Source: Mustelus asterias
Lineage: Eukaryota
DNA: 64,000 bases
Reading direction: 5' to 3'
NCBI RefSeq assembly: GCF_964213995.1
Contig: NW_027590932.1
Coordinates: forward strand, 62,001 to 126,000
The translations under genes and the position numbers were made by a program. Each line of letters opens with the position of its first letter. The stretch's first letter is position 1. The notes under the pieces are model-generated. The model ran no database searches, had not been told where the DNA came from, and saw nothing but the letters and a program-made list of their open reading frames with translations. Shown here one piece after another: positions 61,308-64,000 of this stretch.

Positions 61308-62258
61308 GAATGGGTTTGAGTTTTGGTCCCTGCAGTTGAAGTCCAGCATTTCAGATTGAATGCAAGAGTTTGTGCCGTGTCGTTTTTGGCATGAAGAAAG
61401 AGGAGCGACATACCAATGTAAACAGGTGTTGAGGTAAAGGAACGATGTGGAAGGACTGGAGCAAATTATCGTGGATTCTGGAATCGGAAACAAAAAGAGA
61501 AAATGCTGGAAAATCTCACCAGGTCTGGCAGCATCTCTAAGGAGTGAAGAAAGCTGACATTTCGAGTCCAGATGACCCTTTGTCAAAGCTGGGAGGAGTG
61601 GAGCTGCTCCGACAGAGAATACAAACGGGAACACCGGTTGAATGGCTGTCTGTCGAAATAAACAGCAGGATTGCAAACATTGAGACTGCAGTCCCGGCCC
61701 AGGGGATGGATTGGGATTTTCTTACTGAGGTTCAAATCCTGTCATGTACACTTCCCGTCATTCCTCATTGTGACTTTTTTTACTGAAATTTATTGGAAAT
61801 GAAGCAATGGCAGCAGAGATGATCAACTCACTGCAAATTTGTCACATCAGCGTCACTGAGGGTCTCGTGATCAGCGTCGGCGCCGTGACGCGGTTTCGAT
61901 TCCCAGTCACGGAGTGAATAAATTTTTGTTCATTTCTTCATTTAATAAAAACAGCGTCCGTGAAGGGAACAACAAGCTAAATCTTCCAGCTGGATGAACT
62001 TGTATCAGAGCTGGAAAAATTAGAGATGTAACATTAACGATAAACTCTGAAGAAGAACCACATGACACACACAACATATATGTCACGTACATACAAAATA
62101 CACATGTCAAATCATGTCACTTTCAACTTCTGCCTTTTAAATTCCTGCTCTCCACCTCAGACATTTCCACATTCATGAAAAATCTCCGTCCTCAAATCCC
62201 ATCCTGGTCCTCAATCCACGGATAACGCTGCATTTACTGGAAGCTCATTGCAGCATTT

Positions 62259-62331
62259 GGCTCTATAGGTCAGTGGTTAGAACACTGGTCTTGTAAACCA
62301 GGAGTCGCGAGTTCAATTCTCGCTGGAGCCT
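62259..62331 (+). tRNA. tRNA-Thr-TGT: tRNA-Thr(TGT), D-stem mismatch
   Basis: GGCTCTATAGGTCAGTGGTTAGAACACTGGTCTTGTAAACCAGGAGTCGCGAGTTCAATTCTCGCTGGAGCCT. Confidence 0.85.
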
Positions 62332-62499
62332 GTGAGCAAGGTTTAGCTAATAGAAGCTGTCGGAAAGGGGAATAGAGTCTGGGAGACGAAATAGGGAGCT
62401 TTGATGAGTGGAGGCGCAGATCGAGTGCAATTTTGGAAAGCGAATAGGTATTTACTTCTTCGTCAAAAAATAGAAAGAGCAGGGCATATTTGAAGAGCT

Positions 62500-63240
62500 G
62501 AAAAAGGTCAGTGTCGATATTCAGCATAGAATAGATGCGTTTGTACAAGGAATGCATAAAGCTAGCATGTCGGTGCAGGCAATGATTGGAAGGAAAATTG
62601 CATTTTAGTCTTTATTGACGGCAGACTGGAGTCCAAGTATAATGAGGTGTTGCTGAAGTAGCACAGGGTTTTGTTGAGACCACATGTTGAATATTCTGTG
62701 CAGATATGATATTCACATTTAATAAAAGATGTGTTTGCATTTGAAACGGTGCAGATAAGGTTCAGCAGATGATCCCTGGGATGAGGGAGTTGTCGTATGA
62801 TGAGAGGCTGAGTAAATTGGGCTGAAAGTCTCTGGAGTTTGGAAGGATGAGAGGCGATTTCGTTAAACCTACACAAGACTGATTGGGTTTGACAGGATGG
62901 ATGCTGAGAGATTTCTTCTGCTTGTCGGGAAATCTAACCCACGACAGTACAGTCTCAGGAAAATGGGCTGGTCATTTCGGCCTAAGAAAAGGCGAAATTA
63001 CTGTACTGAAATGGTTGTGAATCTTTGAAATTCTCTATGCCAGACAGTTATGGAAGCTCCATCATCGAATACATTTAAGGTTGGGATAGACAGGTTTCTG
63101 GCCTCTCGGGGAATTCAGGAATATGGGGAGCTGGTGAAAAACTGAGTTGTAGCCCAAGATCAGCCATAACGGTATTGAATTTCGGGAACACGCTCGATGG
63201 ACCGAGTGGTCTACTCCTGCTCCTATTTATTGTGTTCATG
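62500..63240 (+). mobile_element. Old decayed CR1 3' portion
   Basis: Remnant LRPHVEYSVQ motif, GTTGTGAATCTTTGAAATTCTCT, CR1-type 3'UTR. Confidence 0.75.
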
Positions 63241-64000
63241 TGTATGATCAAGCCAGTAATTCATGTTAAAATAAAAGCATAAAGTGCTGGAAGTTCTCAG
63301 CAGGTCTTGCAGCAAATGTGAAGCGGACAGAGAGTTAAGGTTCTGAGTCTAATATGGCTTTTTTAAAACTAGTAACTGAGTGTGAGTTACAACAATTAGC
63401 ACAATATCGAGACAGGGAATTGAATTGAATCCAAGCAGTGAAAGCCCTGAATTTAAACTCCTGTATTATTTCGGCAGTAAACTTGTTCTGGAAACTTACC
63501 TGCCAATTGAAAGTGTGGAGGTTTGAGAGCACCCCGAGCCAAATGGACTCCCGCTATTCCTGTTTCTGCTTATATTCCCGACATAGATTTACTTTGTGCC
63601 CTTCTGTAACAGTGAAATATTGTCCAAACTTTGCCAGTCTTGCTGTTATTCAGTAAATTACCATACTGTTATGATACAGAGGCTCATCCCCTTTATCTCA
63701 CCTCGTAATCTGGAAAAACTATTTGTGAAACTACTAACTGTTTTTAATTAACGTTCAGAGGCTTATTAATGATAAAAATGCCTGTCATTCACTTTGAGTG
63801 AATAATTAACAAGCTATTTTATTCAAATAACCAAGAACTTTAAGTAAACAAGTAAAACATGTTAAGTAAGGTACGGTTCGACTGAAATGCAGTTCGAATA
63901 AGACTGTGAACATTCATTACCAAAACTGTAATAACAGAATTTCAGTCACTCTCAAAGAAATTATACAAACAGCCTCGATGGATTCAGAAGATTTTGGAGT

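Overview
Cartilaginous-fish (shark-like) genomic DNA, judged from HE1/V-type SINEs and CR1/HER1-like LINEs. Bases ~0.9-16.7 kb hold a T-cell receptor alpha/delta-type V gene array in both orientations (leader exon, intron, V exon, 23-bp-spacer RSS). Almost all segments are pseudogenes. The one fully open V (12200-12538, minus) has no usable leader intron. From ~17.6 kb to the end lies a segmentally duplicated tRNA cluster of about 30 copies. Lys-CTT is perfect, Gln-CTG, Glu-TTC, Asn-GTT, Thr-TGT and Cys-GCA are near-intact, and the rest are decayed, including two tRNA-Pro copies with an insertion at the canonical intron site. A ~4 kb TCR-V island (one V pseudogene plus an orphan leader) sits inside the tRNA cluster at ~45.4-49.5 kb. 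The window also carries many 5'-truncated CR1 LINEs, SINEs, short Penelope-derived palindromic insertions with hammerhead-ribozyme cores and 13-14 bp TSDs, a 56-bp minisatellite and a gapped CT/GT microsatellite. I found no D, J or C segments and no ordinary protein-coding gene. All calls are by eye, without database searches.
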